Below the pieces are notes generated by a model that was not told the DNA's origin, searched no databases, and was given only the letters and a program-made list of their open reading frames with translations. The translations under genes were made by a program, and so were the position numbers. DNA of 62,367 nt, from positions 1-62,367 of the forward strand of contig JACQVH010000053.1 in the NCBI GenBank assembly GCA_016209895.1, read 5' to 3'. Of the stretch, positions 36,723 to 47,243 are shown one piece after another; the stretch's first letter is position 1; each line of letters starts with the position of its first letter. The stretch comes from Candidatus Hydrogenedentota bacterium. GTDB taxonomy: Bacteria > Hydrogenedentota > Hydrogenedentia > Hydrogenedentales > SLHB01.

Positions 36723-38297
36723 GTGCCGACGTTGGATTGGATTGGGAAGAAGGCGGTACTGAATCATCATCGGGAGGTGCCGTTCCGTTTGTTGAAGACG
36801 GAACCGAGTCTGTCGGTGGGCGATCCGAATTGCGGGAATCTGTTGGTGCAGGGGGATAATCTGCATGCGCTGAAAGCGTTGCTTCCTTATTACGCGGGGC
36901 AAGTAAAGTGCATCTACATTGATCCACCGTACAACACCGGCAATGAGAATTGGACGTACAATGACGCCGTGAACAGTCCGGAGATGCGGGACTGGTTGGG
37001 GAAAGTCGTCGGGCGCGAAGCGGAGGACTTGTCCCGGCACGACAAATGGCTGTGTATGATGTACCCGCGGCTCTGCTTGTTGCGGCAGTTCCTGCGGGAC
37101 GACGGACTAATCTTCGTTCAAATTGGTCACGAGGAGTCGGCACATCTGAGATTGCTCCTAGATGAGGTATTTGGAACCTTCAGAAACGCGATAGTCGTGC
37201 GAAGAGGAATTAAGAATGTTCAAGCACAATTTGCGACTGTGGATTCATTGGCAAGCGCGCACGATTTGATTTATTGCTACTCTCGACGGCAGGGCCTTCG
37301 CATTCCCAGACTTCAACATGAATTAGGTGATAATGTCGCCGGCAAATGGGACACGTTTTGGCGCGGGACCGACCGGCCCACTATGCGTTACGATCTGTTT
37401 GGAGATAGACCCGAAACAGGACAATGGCGGTGGAAAGAAGAGAGGGCAAGGAGGGCCGTGAGGGCATACGAGGACTACCTGGCCACGTTTTCGCACGATC
37501 ATACGCTCGACGAATACTATGTCAAAATTCTTACAGAACAAGGTGTGGACCTGGATTTTGTGCGGCAAGACGAGAGCGGAACAGTGCAATACTATGTACC
37601 CCCGCGATCTTACAAGATCATCGGCGACGTGTGGATGGATGTGAGTACGTCCGGCACGGTCACTGATTTTCCACATGAGAAACACCTCGAATTGCTTGCG
37701 CGGATTCTGCAATGGGTCACGGGTCCAGAAGATATTATCCTTGACTCATTTGCCGGAAGCGGGTCTACCGCTCATGCGGTTCTCGAACTGAACAAAGCAG
37801 ATGCCGGAAACCGACGCTTCTTGCTTGTTGAAATGGATGAGCAAATCTGCAGGACGGTGACCGCAACACGGATTACGAAGCTCGTATCCGGCGGTACAAC
37901 TGATTTGCCCGGTCTGGACGGCGGATTCCGGTATGCGACCCTTGGCGAGCCGTTGTTCGATGCGAGCGGCAACATCCGGTCCGATGTTGGATTCGCGGAC
38001 TTGGCGGCGCATATCTTTTTCGTGGCGACGGGGGTGCCGTTGCCGAAACGGAAGAATGGCAAGACGCCGCTGCTGGGCGCGCACAATGGGGTAGGGGTTT
38101 ATTTGCTGTACAACGGCATCTTGGGGGATCAGACAAGCAACGGCGGCAACGTGCTGACGCGGGCGGTGTTGGAGCAATTGCCGCCGCATGACGGAACCAA
38201 GGTGATTTATGGGACGGGCTGCCGCATTGGGGCAGACCGGTTGAAGCGAGACAACATCGTGTTCCGGCAGATTCCGTATCACGTGAGGGTGGAGTAG
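36723..38297 (+). CDS. mod: Type III R-M adenine methyltransferase (Mod)
   Basis: MPTLDWIGK, GDNL.ALK.L, CIYIDPPYNTG, IILDSFAGSGST.HAV motifs. Confidence 0.92.
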   Translation: MPTLDWIGKKAVLNHHREVPFRLLKTEPSLSVGDPNCGNLLVQGDNLHALKALLPYYAGQVKCIYIDPPYNTGNENWTYNDAVNSPEMRDWLGKVVGREAEDLSRHDKWLCMMYPRLCLLRQFLRDDGLIFVQIGHEESAHLRLLLDEVFGTFRNAIVVRRGIKNVQAQFATVDSLASAHDLIYCYSRRQGLRIPRLQHELGDNVAGKWDTFWRGTDRPTMRYDLFGDRPETGQWRWKEERARRAVRAYEDYLATFSHDHTLDEYYVKILTEQGVDLDFVRQDESGTVQYYVPPRSYKIIGDVWMDVSTSGTVTDFPHEKHLELLARILQWVTGPEDIILDSFAGSGSTAHAVLELNKADAGNRRFLLVEMDEQICRTVTATRITKLVSGGTTDLPGLDGGFRYATLGEPLFDASGNIRSDVGFADLAAHIFFVATGVPLPKRKNGKTPLLGAHNGVGVYLLYNGILGDQTSNGGNVLTRAVLEQLPPHDGTKVIYGTGCRIGADRLKRDNIVFRQIPYHVRVE

Positions 38298-38344
38298 CCT
38301 TGGGCTATAATGGAATGTAAGCGATTGTCCGCGGAGAACACCCG

Positions 38345-38575
38345 ATGACACTAAAGGAACGAATTGAGATCAAGACGGACGTGCTGGGCGGAAAACCCGT
38401 GGTTCGGGGTACGCGTCTGGCAGTGGAGTTCATCGTTGACTTGCTCGCCGAGGGATGGACCCACGAGCAGATACTGCGCAACTATCCGGGGCTGCAGGAG
38501 GAAGACATTCGCGCCTGCCTGCGCTACGCCGGCGAGATGCTGCGCAGCGAGAAGCTGTACCCGGTTGGAGCCTGA
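38345..38575 (+). CDS. DUF433-family antitoxin
   Basis: LGGKPVVRGTRLAVEFI..LLAEG.T.E.IL..YP.L..EDI.ACL.Y signature. Confidence 0.92.
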   Translation: MTLKERIEIKTDVLGGKPVVRGTRLAVEFIVDLLAEGWTHEQILRNYPGLQEEDIRACLRYAGEMLRSEKLYPVGA

Positions 38576-38578
38576 GGA

Positions 38579-41350
38579 TTGCGGATTCTGGCCAATGAAA
38601 ATATCCCCGGAGACGCGGTGGCTGCGCTGAGGGCGCGGGGGCATGACGTGCTGACACTTAAGGACTATCAGCAAAGGGCGCTCGATTCATTGTCGGCGTA
38701 TTTTGCCGATTGCGCGCGGACGGGGGACGCGGACACGGCCTTCTATGAAGCTACGCGGCGCGAATTCCGGACGGGTATAGCTTTCCAGCCGGTACGAGAA
38801 TTACCGGGTCTGCCTTATGTTTGCCTGCGGATTCCCACCGGCGGCGGCAAGACGCTGATGGCGTGTCATGCGGTATCCATCGCGGCGCGGGACCTCTTAC
38901 ATGCCGATTACCCCGTAGTGCTGTGGCTCGTGCCGTCCAACGCCATCCGCGAGCAGACGCTCAAGGCGCTGCGCGATCGCCATCATCCGTATCGGCAGGC
39001 GCTGGAGGCGACCTGCGGGAGCATCGAGGTGTTGGACGTCGGCGAGGCGCTGTATGTCACCCGCGCAACCTTGGACGCGCAGACGACAATCATCGTCGCC
39101 ACCATGCAGGCGTTCCGCGTGGAAGACACGGTGGGGCGCAAGGTGTACGAGCATAACGGCACCGGCTTGATGTCGCATTTTTCGGGCCTCTTACCTGAAC
39201 AAGAACCGGGTCTCCAACGCGGGGAAGGCGGCTACAAACTGTTTTCTCTGGCAAACGTTCTTCACCTGCGCCGTCCCGTTGTGATTGTGGATGAGGCGCA
39301 TAACGCGCGCACCGGGTTATCGTTTGAAACGCTGGCGCGGTTTAATCCTTCTTGCATTCTGGAATTCACGGCCACGCCGGACCGGGAAAGGAATCCGAGC
39401 AACATTTTGCACAGCGTGTCAGCCGCGGAATTGAAGGCCGAGCACATGATCAAGATGCCGATTCGCCTGGTGACCCGGCTCAATTGGAAGGAGCTTCTGT
39501 CAGACGCGGTATCGTGCCGGGAGAAACTGGAGCGCGCGGCAAATATGGAGCGCCAAGCGACGGGCGAGTACATCCGGCCCATCGTGTTGATACAAGCGGA
39601 AGCGCACAGCAAAGAGCGGCCGACGATCACGGTGGAGACTATTCGGGAATGTTTGCTGGAAGACCATAGAATCCCGGACGAGCAAGTGGCGATTGCGACA
39701 GGGGCCAAGAACGAACTGGACGGCGTGGACGTGCTGAGCGCGGAGTGTCCTATCCGGTTCATCATCACGATGCAGGCGCTGCGCGAGGGTTGGGATTGCC
39801 CCTTTGCGTATGTGCTTTGCAGCGTGGCGGACCTCCGGTCTTCGACGTACGTCGAGCAAATCCTCGGGCGCGTTATGCGACTGCCCAGGGCGGCGGAGAA
39901 AACTCGCGAGGAATTGAATGTGGCGTATGCGTATGCCTCGTCGTCTTATTGGCAAACGGTAGCAAATGCGCTGACCGACGCCCTCGTCAAGGTGTACGGT
40001 TTTGAAAAACAAGATGCCAAGGATTTGATAGTGCCTCCTTCAGAGTACGAGACCGGGTCCCTTATCGAGGAATTTATGGGCACTTACACCGAAGTGCTGA
40101 TTGAAGCGCCGAAAAGCGACCCGCTACCCAGTTGCCTGGAAGGAAAGGTCTCTTTTGATAGCGTGCCCACGAGTAAAGGGGAATCGGTCAACCGGGTCAT
40201 GTACCAAGGCTCGATGTCGGCGGAGGAACGAGAGCTTTTGAAGACGTGTGTCAACTCAGACGCGGATAAGGCGGCCATCGATCGGCTATTCCAGCGGATA
40301 AACCATCCTTCTCAAGTGGGCGAGGGCGGAAGGAAGACTCGGGAGCCGTTCTCGATTCCGATACTCGCGATTAGGCAGGGAACAATCTTCGAGCAATTGG
40401 AAGAGACGCATTTTCTGGATAGGCCGTGGGATTTGGCCCGGTGCGATGCGACCTTGTCTGGGCAAGAGTATTCAACGGAAGCGCCGCAACCTCAAACCGG
40501 GGACATTGACGTTTCGGAAGACGGGGTAGTTAAGGCCCGCTTCATTGCAAATCTACACGATCAGATGGCGTTACTCGTCAGCGAGGACCGATGGTCGGCG
40601 GGCCAGTTGGTGCGATGGCTGGATAGCCACATTCCACACCTGGATATCACGCAGACCGAGTCCGGTGTTTTTCTTACGCGCGCGGTTCAGGGCCTTCTTG
40701 ATAGGAGGGGAATATCGTTGTCCGTCCTGGTACACGACAAGTATCGGCTTAGAACCGCGCTGGACGCGAAAATAGACGGTTACCGGCAAAGCGCTCGGCA
40801 AACCGCTTTCCAGGCGCTGCTCTTGCCGGAGTGTGAGACCCCGCTGGTGGTAACCCATGAGAAGTGCTTTTCGTTCGACCCGACTCAATACCCATTTAGT
40901 CGCCGCTACAAGGGGTCATACGTATTTCGAAAGCACTTCTACGAAGACGTGGGCGATTTGAACAGCGAAGGGGAGGAGTTCGAGTGCGCTCAATTCCTTG
41001 ATAAATTGGAGGAGGTCGAGACGTGGGTGCGGAATCTCGAACGCCGCCCGCACCAATCGTTCTGGCTCCAGACGGCGACAGACCGGTTCTATCCAGACTT
41101 TGTCTGTAAGTTGAAGGACGGCCGGTTTCTGGTAGTGGAGTATAAAGGGGCGTATCTGGCAGAAACGCCGGACAGCCGGGAAAAGCGCGCCCTGGGGGAA
41201 TTGTGGGAAGAACGAAGCAACGGCACGTGTCTATTCGTGATGCAAACGGGGAAGAATTTCGCCGCGATCGAGGCGAAGATTACCGCGGGCAAACCGAAGC
41301 GAAAGGGGCGCGGCGGATATTCGACCGCCGATTTGATCGAAAAAGACTGA
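38579..41350 (+). CDS. res: Type III R-M Res subunit (SF2 helicase plus PD-(D/E)XK nuclease); the first 23 codons derive from a DUF5615 PIN toxin
   Basis: LKDYQ, IPTGGGKT, VDEAH, EFTATP, LREGWD, QILGR..R, FYPDF..VVEYKG; native GTG start at 38648. Confidence 0.9.
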   Translation: MRILANENIPGDAVAALRARGHDVLTLKDYQQRALDSLSAYFADCARTGDADTAFYEATRREFRTGIAFQPVRELPGLPYVCLRIPTGGGKTLMACHAVSIAARDLLHADYPVVLWLVPSNAIREQTLKALRDRHHPYRQALEATCGSIEVLDVGEALYVTRATLDAQTTIIVATMQAFRVEDTVGRKVYEHNGTGLMSHFSGLLPEQEPGLQRGEGGYKLFSLANVLHLRRPVVIVDEAHNARTGLSFETLARFNPSCILEFTATPDRERNPSNILHSVSAAELKAEHMIKMPIRLVTRLNWKELLSDAVSCREKLERAANMERQATGEYIRPIVLIQAEAHSKERPTITVETIRECLLEDHRIPDEQVAIATGAKNELDGVDVLSAECPIRFIITMQALREGWDCPFAYVLCSVADLRSSTYVEQILGRVMRLPRAAEKTREELNVAYAYASSSYWQTVANALTDALVKVYGFEKQDAKDLIVPPSEYETGSLIEEFMGTYTEVLIEAPKSDPLPSCLEGKVSFDSVPTSKGESVNRVMYQGSMSAEERELLKTCVNSDADKAAIDRLFQRINHPSQVGEGGRKTREPFSIPILAIRQGTIFEQLEETHFLDRPWDLARCDATLSGQEYSTEAPQPQTGDIDVSEDGVVKARFIANLHDQMALLVSEDRWSAGQLVRWLDSHIPHLDITQTESGVFLTRAVQGLLDRRGISLSVLVHDKYRLRTALDAKIDGYRQSARQTAFQALLLPECETPLVVTHEKCFSFDPTQYPFSRRYKGSYVFRKHFYEDVGDLNSEGEEFECAQFLDKLEEVETWVRNLERRPHQSFWLQTATDRFYPDFVCKLKDGRFLVVEYKGAYLAETPDSREKRALGELWEERSNGTCLFVMQTGKNFAAIEAKITAGKPKRKGRGGYSTADLIEKD

Positions 41351-41391
41351 CGCCCATTGCGCGAGACCGTGTAGGCGGGCGGGCAAAATCA

Positions 41392-41482
<91 letters not shown>

Positions 41483-41562
41483 GAGGGGCGTGTTCGTTCC
41501 ATGGATGGGACGATTGTTGATGAATTGATTCTAGCAGACGGCGCGGGGAGGTTCCAAGAGTA

Positions 41563-41680
41563 GGGTTCAGGGTCTCGGGTCTCATTGCTAGTTGCGCATT
41601 GCTCGGTACTCGGCGCTCAGTACCCGGTACTCATTGCTCGTTGCTCGTTGCTCATTGCTCCTACTCGGAACTCGGAACTG
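41563..41680. repeat. Mosaic heptamer array: 14 units in unbroken register, one 6-mer, then 2 more units
   Basis: gggttca gggtctc gggtctc attgcta gttgcgc attgctc ggtactc ggcgctc agtaccc ggtactc attgctc gttgctc gttgctc attgctc ctactc ggaactc ggaactg. Confidence 0.92.
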
Positions 41681-41760
41681 ATTCCCATTTGCGGTCGGGC
41701 GCGCAGATGAGTAATCTCTTGGGGTCTTTCGGGGGTGGATGAATCCAAAGGAGTTTTTGA

Positions 41761-44700
41761 ATGGTCTCGCATTTGCTTTCTGAGCTCGCGCAGGGGACGC
41801 CTATACAGAGTTGGCTGATCCTGGGTCCGTTTGTGGTCCGGACGAATGGGCACTTCGAGCGCGAATATCTATACGAACGCGAACGCATCCTGGACGTAGA
41901 CTATCTTGCGGCGGACGGCGGCGAGGCCGCGGTCCGGCCCGAACTCGGCCGGCAGGTCGAGAATCCCGGACTCGGCCCGAAACGGCTGGCGTGGCACGCC
42001 TGCACGGTGGCCAATCTGGATGGGAACCGCATCGCGGGGGACATCATCTATGAGACCGTACAGCGCAATTGCGTGATTTACGCCGCCGCCGTCATCGAGT
42101 CCGAGACGGCGTGTGCGGCGCTGCTCGACGCCGTCCATTCCGGAATGAAAGTGTGGAGGAACGGCGCGCTGGTGGGCAACTATCCGTATGGCCGCGCCAA
42201 GGGCATCCGCACGACGATGCCCAGCACGTTGGTCTCGCTGCAGCCCGGCCGGAATCTCCTACTCATCAAATTCCGCCCCGGCTATATTGCCGACGGCGTG
42301 GACTTCTGCGTCCGCGACGTGACCGTCTCGCCGCTGGTTACGCGACCCGGAATGCCCGTGGCGCTGGGGCGGGTCCGGCCCTTGCCGTATTTCGCCGGCT
42401 CAGTCAAGAATCCGCGACAGGTACTGGAGGCGGCGCTCGTCAATACGTCCGCGGTTGCGATTGACGCTAACGTCGTTCTGGCGTCTGACGAATTGTACGG
42501 CGACGACCGGGGCCAAATCACCTGCGACCCTGGAAGCGTGACGCCGTTGCGACTGTCGTTGCCCACGCCGCCGGAAATGGCCGGAAAACCGGTCCGCGCG
42601 AAATTTCGCGTGTCGGTGGACGGCCAGACCATCGGCGTGCCGCTCGAGTACGAGGCGGCGAGGCCTCCCGAATACGACGGTAGCAGCTTGATGCTCACGG
42701 CCTTCCACTTCGACACGACCTATCACGAGGAACAGCGGGTCTACGCCATGGGCGCGTTCGACGTGGTGCGCCGCTATTGCGAATTGCACCGCAAGGACCC
42801 GAACTTCCGCTCGACGCTCTCGGAAGTGGACTACCTCAAACCCTATTTCGACATGTTCCCGGAGGATCGCGAGACGCTGCTGAAGGTGTTCCGCGAAAAC
42901 CGTTCCAACTCCGACGTCATGTACAATCAACCCAACGAGCAGAACTGCGGGGGCGAGGCCCTGGTCCGGAATTTCCTGTACGGACAGCTCTTTCATGGCC
43001 GCGTGCTCGGTCAAATTTGCCATGCCTACGGCCCCGGCGACGTGTTCGGACATCCGAATCAGTTGTCGCAAATCGCGCGAAAAAGCGGATGTCTCGGCGT
43101 CACGTGGGATAAATACATCTTCAATTTCCCGCCGTTCTTCATGCACTTGGCGCTCGATGGTGTGGGCATTCCGCACAAACGCGGCGAGGCCACCTGGGAA
43201 GACGCGCACGCGATGGGCCTCTCAGTTACCACGGGCGCGATCAGCCAAGACCCGCCCACGGAATGGCACCGGGTGCTGGTTCCCCGGTACCGGCAAGCTA
43301 CGTACCGGGATTTAATGACCGCGATTCGCCGCGAATGCGAAGAAACGGGAGCTCACTTGCCGGTGACCACGCGCGACATGTCCCTCTATCATGCCGCGAC
43401 CGCGATGTCGCGCACCGAACTGAAGATCGGCAATCGCCTTGGCGAAAACGTGCTGATCGCCGCCGAGAAGTTCGCCACCCTCGCGGCGCTCCTGGGCGCG
43501 AAGTATCCGGAAAAGGCGCTCGATAAGGCGTGGCGCCAAATCCTGTGCGGCCAACACCACGATTCGATTACCGGCACCCACAACGAAATCTCGTACGTGG
43601 ACTTGATGAATTCCTACCGGGAAGTCCTCGAACTCGGCACGGACGTGCTTCACCGGTCGCTGGATTTTCTGGGACGCGGGATTGACACGGGCAAAGCGAA
43701 GCATCCGCTGGTGGTTTTCAATTCGCTGGCGTGGGAACGCACCGACGTGGTGCAAGTTACCGTCCGTCCGGACGGCCTGAAGAGATTCGGATTGCGCGAC
43801 CATCTGGGCCACGCCATCCCCTTCGAGGTGGTCTCTCTCGAGCGCGACGCCAAAGGCGGGGTGGCATCCGCAGAAGTTCGTTTCGTCGCGCGAAAACTGC
43901 CGTCGCTGGGCTATCGGGCCTATCAGATTGTGGCGGACACCAAACCGCTGCCGGAATTGAAACTGGGTAACGGCACGGCGATTGAAAATGAGTTCTTTCG
44001 AATCGAAGTGGACCCGCAGCGCGGCGGCGGCATCGTGAGCCTGTACGACAAGAAGGCAAAACGCGAAGTCATTAACGCCAAAGCCGGCCACGTGGGCAAC
44101 GAACTGGCCGTACTGGAAGAAGTGGCTGATCGTGAAGAGACGCAGCATGAGTTCTACACTACTGGATTGAAGATGTTCTCCGGCGAGTATCCCGCCCGCG
44201 TCGAGGTCGAGCGCGGACCGATCAGCGCGACGTTGCGTAGTCGCTACGATCTGAACGAAATCTGCGGCGTCATTCAGGAAATCACCCTTTACAAAGGTGT
44301 AAAACGCCTCGAGTTTCGGACGGTTCTCGTGGATTGGCAGCGCGAGAACTATCTGTTCTGCGTGACCTTCCCAACCACGCTGAAGGGCGCCGTCCCGGTG
44401 TTCGATGAGCGCTTCGGCGTCGTGGCGCGCAACGACAGCCGGGGCTATCTCGACTTCCGAACGCATCAGATGGTGATGTTCAGCGACTGCGGCGTGTATG
44501 CGGCGAACAAATGGATGGAGTACGGTTCGAGCGCGACGCTACAGTTGGGTCGAAACAAATACGCCCTCAGCATGATCGGTCTGATCACGCCGAAGGACGC
44601 GGAGACCTTGAAGGTCGCAGAGGAACTGCAGCGGGTGCTGATTAAGAAGGGCATCACGTGCACGCCGTGGCTTTCGGAAGGCGGACCGCACTGGGGCAGT

Positions 44701-46452
44701 TACGTGTACCACATGGACGAGGACCTGCTCTACACGCGTTTCCGCCTCAGCCTCGGCGTTGGCCGCAACAATGCTTACACGCAGAAAATGCTGCGGGCGC
44801 AGCCGGTCAAGGTGCGGAAAGCGTTTGAACAGCGGCTGAAAGAGCGCGGATTCGCGTATCTATGTGTGAAAGACGGAGACCTTCTCGACAAGAAATGGCC
44901 GGCGCTGCCCGTACTCATCGTGGAAGCGAACACCGTCAGCTCACTCGAAGCGGCGGTCCACCAAATGCTCGAAACTTTCCCCGCCACGGCGCAGATTCGC
45001 CTGCCGGGGGAGGTGGCCGCGACGGGCGAGTCCCACACGGTGGATGATTACGGCGTGGCGATTCTGAATGAGGGCACGTACGCTAACAGCGTCGAGCGCG
45101 GCGGCACGATGTGCATGATGCTGGCCCATACCTGTCGCTGGTACGGCGGGACCAATAACTTTCCCGAAGGCTACCTCGTTCCGGAACACAAGAACCACGT
45201 GTTCCGCTATGCACTGTATCCACATGCCGGCGACTGGCGCGCCGCAAATACGCAGCGGGCGGGACATGAGTTTAATCATCCGCTTCTTGCCCGCGAGACC
45301 GAGCCCACCGGTAAGGCGAGCCTTCCGCCGGAAATGGCGTTTCTTGAAGTCGAACCGAAGAATGTCATCCTTGCGGCAATGAAGCCCTCCGGCAACCCCA
45401 TCGCCGCCTTCGAAATGCGCAACACCTCGGACCCGGCGAAAGGCGTCACCTTGCGAGTCTACGATACGGAAGGCAAAGACGCCGAGGCGCGCATTCGATT
45501 CGCGGGCGGGATCAAGTCGGCGTGGGCCGCGAATTTACTCGAAGAGCGCGATTCGAAGCTACCTGTGCATGACGGCGCGCTCGCGTGCGATGTGCCGGCG
45601 TTCTCCATCGAAACCGTGGGCTTTGTGCCGGGGCCGCTCGGCGCTAAACTGGGCAAAGCGATCCTGGGCGCGGAGGCCGAGCCGGTACAGCCGGTGTGGG
45701 TGCGGTCCTGGGAACACGATGCGGAATCCATGCCGATGGGTTACGAACCGGTGGTGTGCTCGATCAGTCGCGAAGTCAAAGAGGAAGATGACGGCCGCAC
45801 ATTGACACTGAAGTTCAATGCAGTTAATGATTACACGGACGGACCGGTCTCCGGGTCGGCTCGCATGCTGGTCCCATCCGGTTGGCGCGTGGAACCCGAA
45901 GAGATTCGGTTTAATCTGGAACCCCTCGGACATCAGATCACGCCGGTCACCGTGACGCGGCCCGGCGGCGGTGCGGCGGGACAGATCAAACTGCGTTATG
46001 ATTATGACGGTCAACTCTTCCAGGACGTTTTGGAGATCGGCGGCGCGTTCGAACTCGAGATGGAGGCGGAACACCACGACGATGCCATCGTCGTAACGCT
46101 GAAGAATCCCACCACCGACGCGGTGGACGCGGAAGTTTCGATGGTCACACCCTTGGAAACGTGGTCTCGCGGTACGGTCGGCACCTATGCCCTACTGGAT
46201 ATCGTGCCACGCACCCAAGGCGTGAGCATTCCCGCCGGCGAAACCGCACGATTGACTTACAGTGTGAAACCGGCGGCGGATCGGTTCATAATAGACCGAG
46301 CCTCCTACTGGGTGGTGGCGAAGTTGATGTCCAACGGCCGCATTCGACTGAAACGGTGCGACCGACATCCGCCGCGGCGCTTGCAGTCGGCGCGGCAGTG
46401 GCGCGAGCGGCTTCGCATCCGGGCCCGGCAACATTTGGGAGAACGCGTGTAA
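41761..46452 (+). CDS. GH38 alpha-mannosidase-family multidomain glycoside hydrolase (1563 aa)
   Basis: FHFDTTY (HxD), GPGDVFGH (nucleophile), CGQHHDSITGT, VFNSLAWERTD, IENEFFR, LRVYD..G, NLLEE motifs. Confidence 0.9.
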   Translation: MVSHLLSELAQGTPIQSWLILGPFVVRTNGHFEREYLYERERILDVDYLAADGGEAAVRPELGRQVENPGLGPKRLAWHACTVANLDGNRIAGDIIYETVQRNCVIYAAAVIESETACAALLDAVHSGMKVWRNGALVGNYPYGRAKGIRTTMPSTLVSLQPGRNLLLIKFRPGYIADGVDFCVRDVTVSPLVTRPGMPVALGRVRPLPYFAGSVKNPRQVLEAALVNTSAVAIDANVVLASDELYGDDRGQITCDPGSVTPLRLSLPTPPEMAGKPVRAKFRVSVDGQTIGVPLEYEAARPPEYDGSSLMLTAFHFDTTYHEEQRVYAMGAFDVVRRYCELHRKDPNFRSTLSEVDYLKPYFDMFPEDRETLLKVFRENRSNSDVMYNQPNEQNCGGEALVRNFLYGQLFHGRVLGQICHAYGPGDVFGHPNQLSQIARKSGCLGVTWDKYIFNFPPFFMHLALDGVGIPHKRGEATWEDAHAMGLSVTTGAISQDPPTEWHRVLVPRYRQATYRDLMTAIRRECEETGAHLPVTTRDMSLYHAATAMSRTELKIGNRLGENVLIAAEKFATLAALLGAKYPEKALDKAWRQILCGQHHDSITGTHNEISYVDLMNSYREVLELGTDVLHRSLDFLGRGIDTGKAKHPLVVFNSLAWERTDVVQVTVRPDGLKRFGLRDHLGHAIPFEVVSLERDAKGGVASAEVRFVARKLPSLGYRAYQIVADTKPLPELKLGNGTAIENEFFRIEVDPQRGGGIVSLYDKKAKREVINAKAGHVGNELAVLEEVADREETQHEFYTTGLKMFSGEYPARVEVERGPISATLRSRYDLNEICGVIQEITLYKGVKRLEFRTVLVDWQRENYLFCVTFPTTLKGAVPVFDERFGVVARNDSRGYLDFRTHQMVMFSDCGVYAANKWMEYGSSATLQLGRNKYALSMIGLITPKDAETLKVAEELQRVLIKKGITCTPWLSEGGPHWGSYVYHMDEDLLYTRFRLSLGVGRNNAYTQKMLRAQPVKVRKAFEQRLKERGFAYLCVKDGDLLDKKWPALPVLIVEANTVSSLEAAVHQMLETFPATAQIRLPGEVAATGESHTVDDYGVAILNEGTYANSVERGGTMCMMLAHTCRWYGGTNNFPEGYLVPEHKNHVFRYALYPHAGDWRAANTQRAGHEFNHPLLARETEPTGKASLPPEMAFLEVEPKNVILAAMKPSGNPIAAFEMRNTSDPAKGVTLRVYDTEGKDAEARIRFAGGIKSAWAANLLEERDSKLPVHDGALACDVPAFSIETVGFVPGPLGAKLGKAILGAEAEPVQPVWVRSWEHDAESMPMGYEPVVCSISREVKEEDDGRTLTLKFNAVNDYTDGPVSGSARMLVPSGWRVEPEEIRFNLEPLGHQITPVTVTRPGGGAAGQIKLRYDYDGQLFQDVLEIGGAFELEMEAEHHDDAIVVTLKNPTTDAVDAEVSMVTPLETWSRGTVGTYALLDIVPRTQGVSIPAGETARLTYSVKPAADRFIIDRASYWVVAKLMSNGRIRLKRCDRHPPRRLQSARQWRERLRIRARQHLGERV

Positions 46453-46486
46453 GAACGGGAGTGAGCAACTGAGGAAGGGGAACGAC

Positions 46487-47176
46487 ATGATCAACAAAGC
46501 ACTGAAATGCACCATCGCCATCGCCGCGATGTGCGCGGCGGTCGGCGCGGCCTATGCCGACCTCACCGTCTCCGTCAACATCACCGGCACCATCGAGGAA
46601 CTGATACCCATTCTGCAACACCTGAAAGACCTGGGTGTCGGCACCGGAACCGCGGCCGCGTCCGAAGACGCGCTGAAGCTCAACGTCCACAGCATCGCCA
46701 CCGGCGCGACGACCGAAGCGGCGCCCGCGCCTGCGCCCGAAGCCGCGCCGGCGCCGGAACCAGTGTCTGCCATACCACCGGAGCCGCCCAAACCCGCGCT
46801 CGGCCTGCTGAATTTGAAAGCGGAACCGGCGGCGCCAAAACCTGGAGACATCGTCCAGCTCAGCGTACAAGTGAGCGACCCCGACCACAAGATTGACACC
46901 GTGGCGGTAACCGTGACCGGGCCCGAAGGCGACGCCAAAGGCGTGTTTGATCTCTACGACAACGGCACGCACGGCGACGCGACCGCGAACGATGGCCTGT
47001 GGTCCACAAACATCGGCGCTCTCGGCCCGGCGGCACGCGCGGGTGAAACGTACACGCTGATGGTCGTCGCGTATGACGCCAACGGCGATCCGGTGATGAC
47101 CGCCGGTGAAGGCGGCGCCATTATCCCCCTCAAGGCTGAAGCCGGCCTGACCGTTCAGGCCCCAGCCGCCAAATAG
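46487..47176 (+). CDS. Secreted protein with a Pro/Ala linker and a choice-of-anchor-X-like domain
   Basis: Signal peptide; LYDNGTHGDATANDGLWS motif. Confidence 0.7.
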   Translation: MINKALKCTIAIAAMCAAVGAAYADLTVSVNITGTIEELIPILQHLKDLGVGTGTAAASEDALKLNVHSIATGATTEAAPAPAPEAAPAPEPVSAIPPEPPKPALGLLNLKAEPAAPKPGDIVQLSVQVSDPDHKIDTVAVTVTGPEGDAKGVFDLYDNGTHGDATANDGLWSTNIGALGPAARAGETYTLMVVAYDANGDPVMTAGEGGAIIPLKAEAGLTVQAPAAK

Positions 47177-47243
47177 AAGGGTCGGCGCTGAGTTCCATTT
47201 CGCAACATTCCGCCGTCGCAAACCAAACCGGAGAAACTCCCCT

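Larger units (their letters stand above)
34070..41350. mobile_element. Defence island adjoining the 3' end of tRNA-Ser
   Basis: Visibly lower GC in parts (about 34000-37700); nuclease-kinase-unknown triad divergent from a type III R-M locus; abuts the tRNA 3' end. No integrase or att duplication found. Confidence 0.6.
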
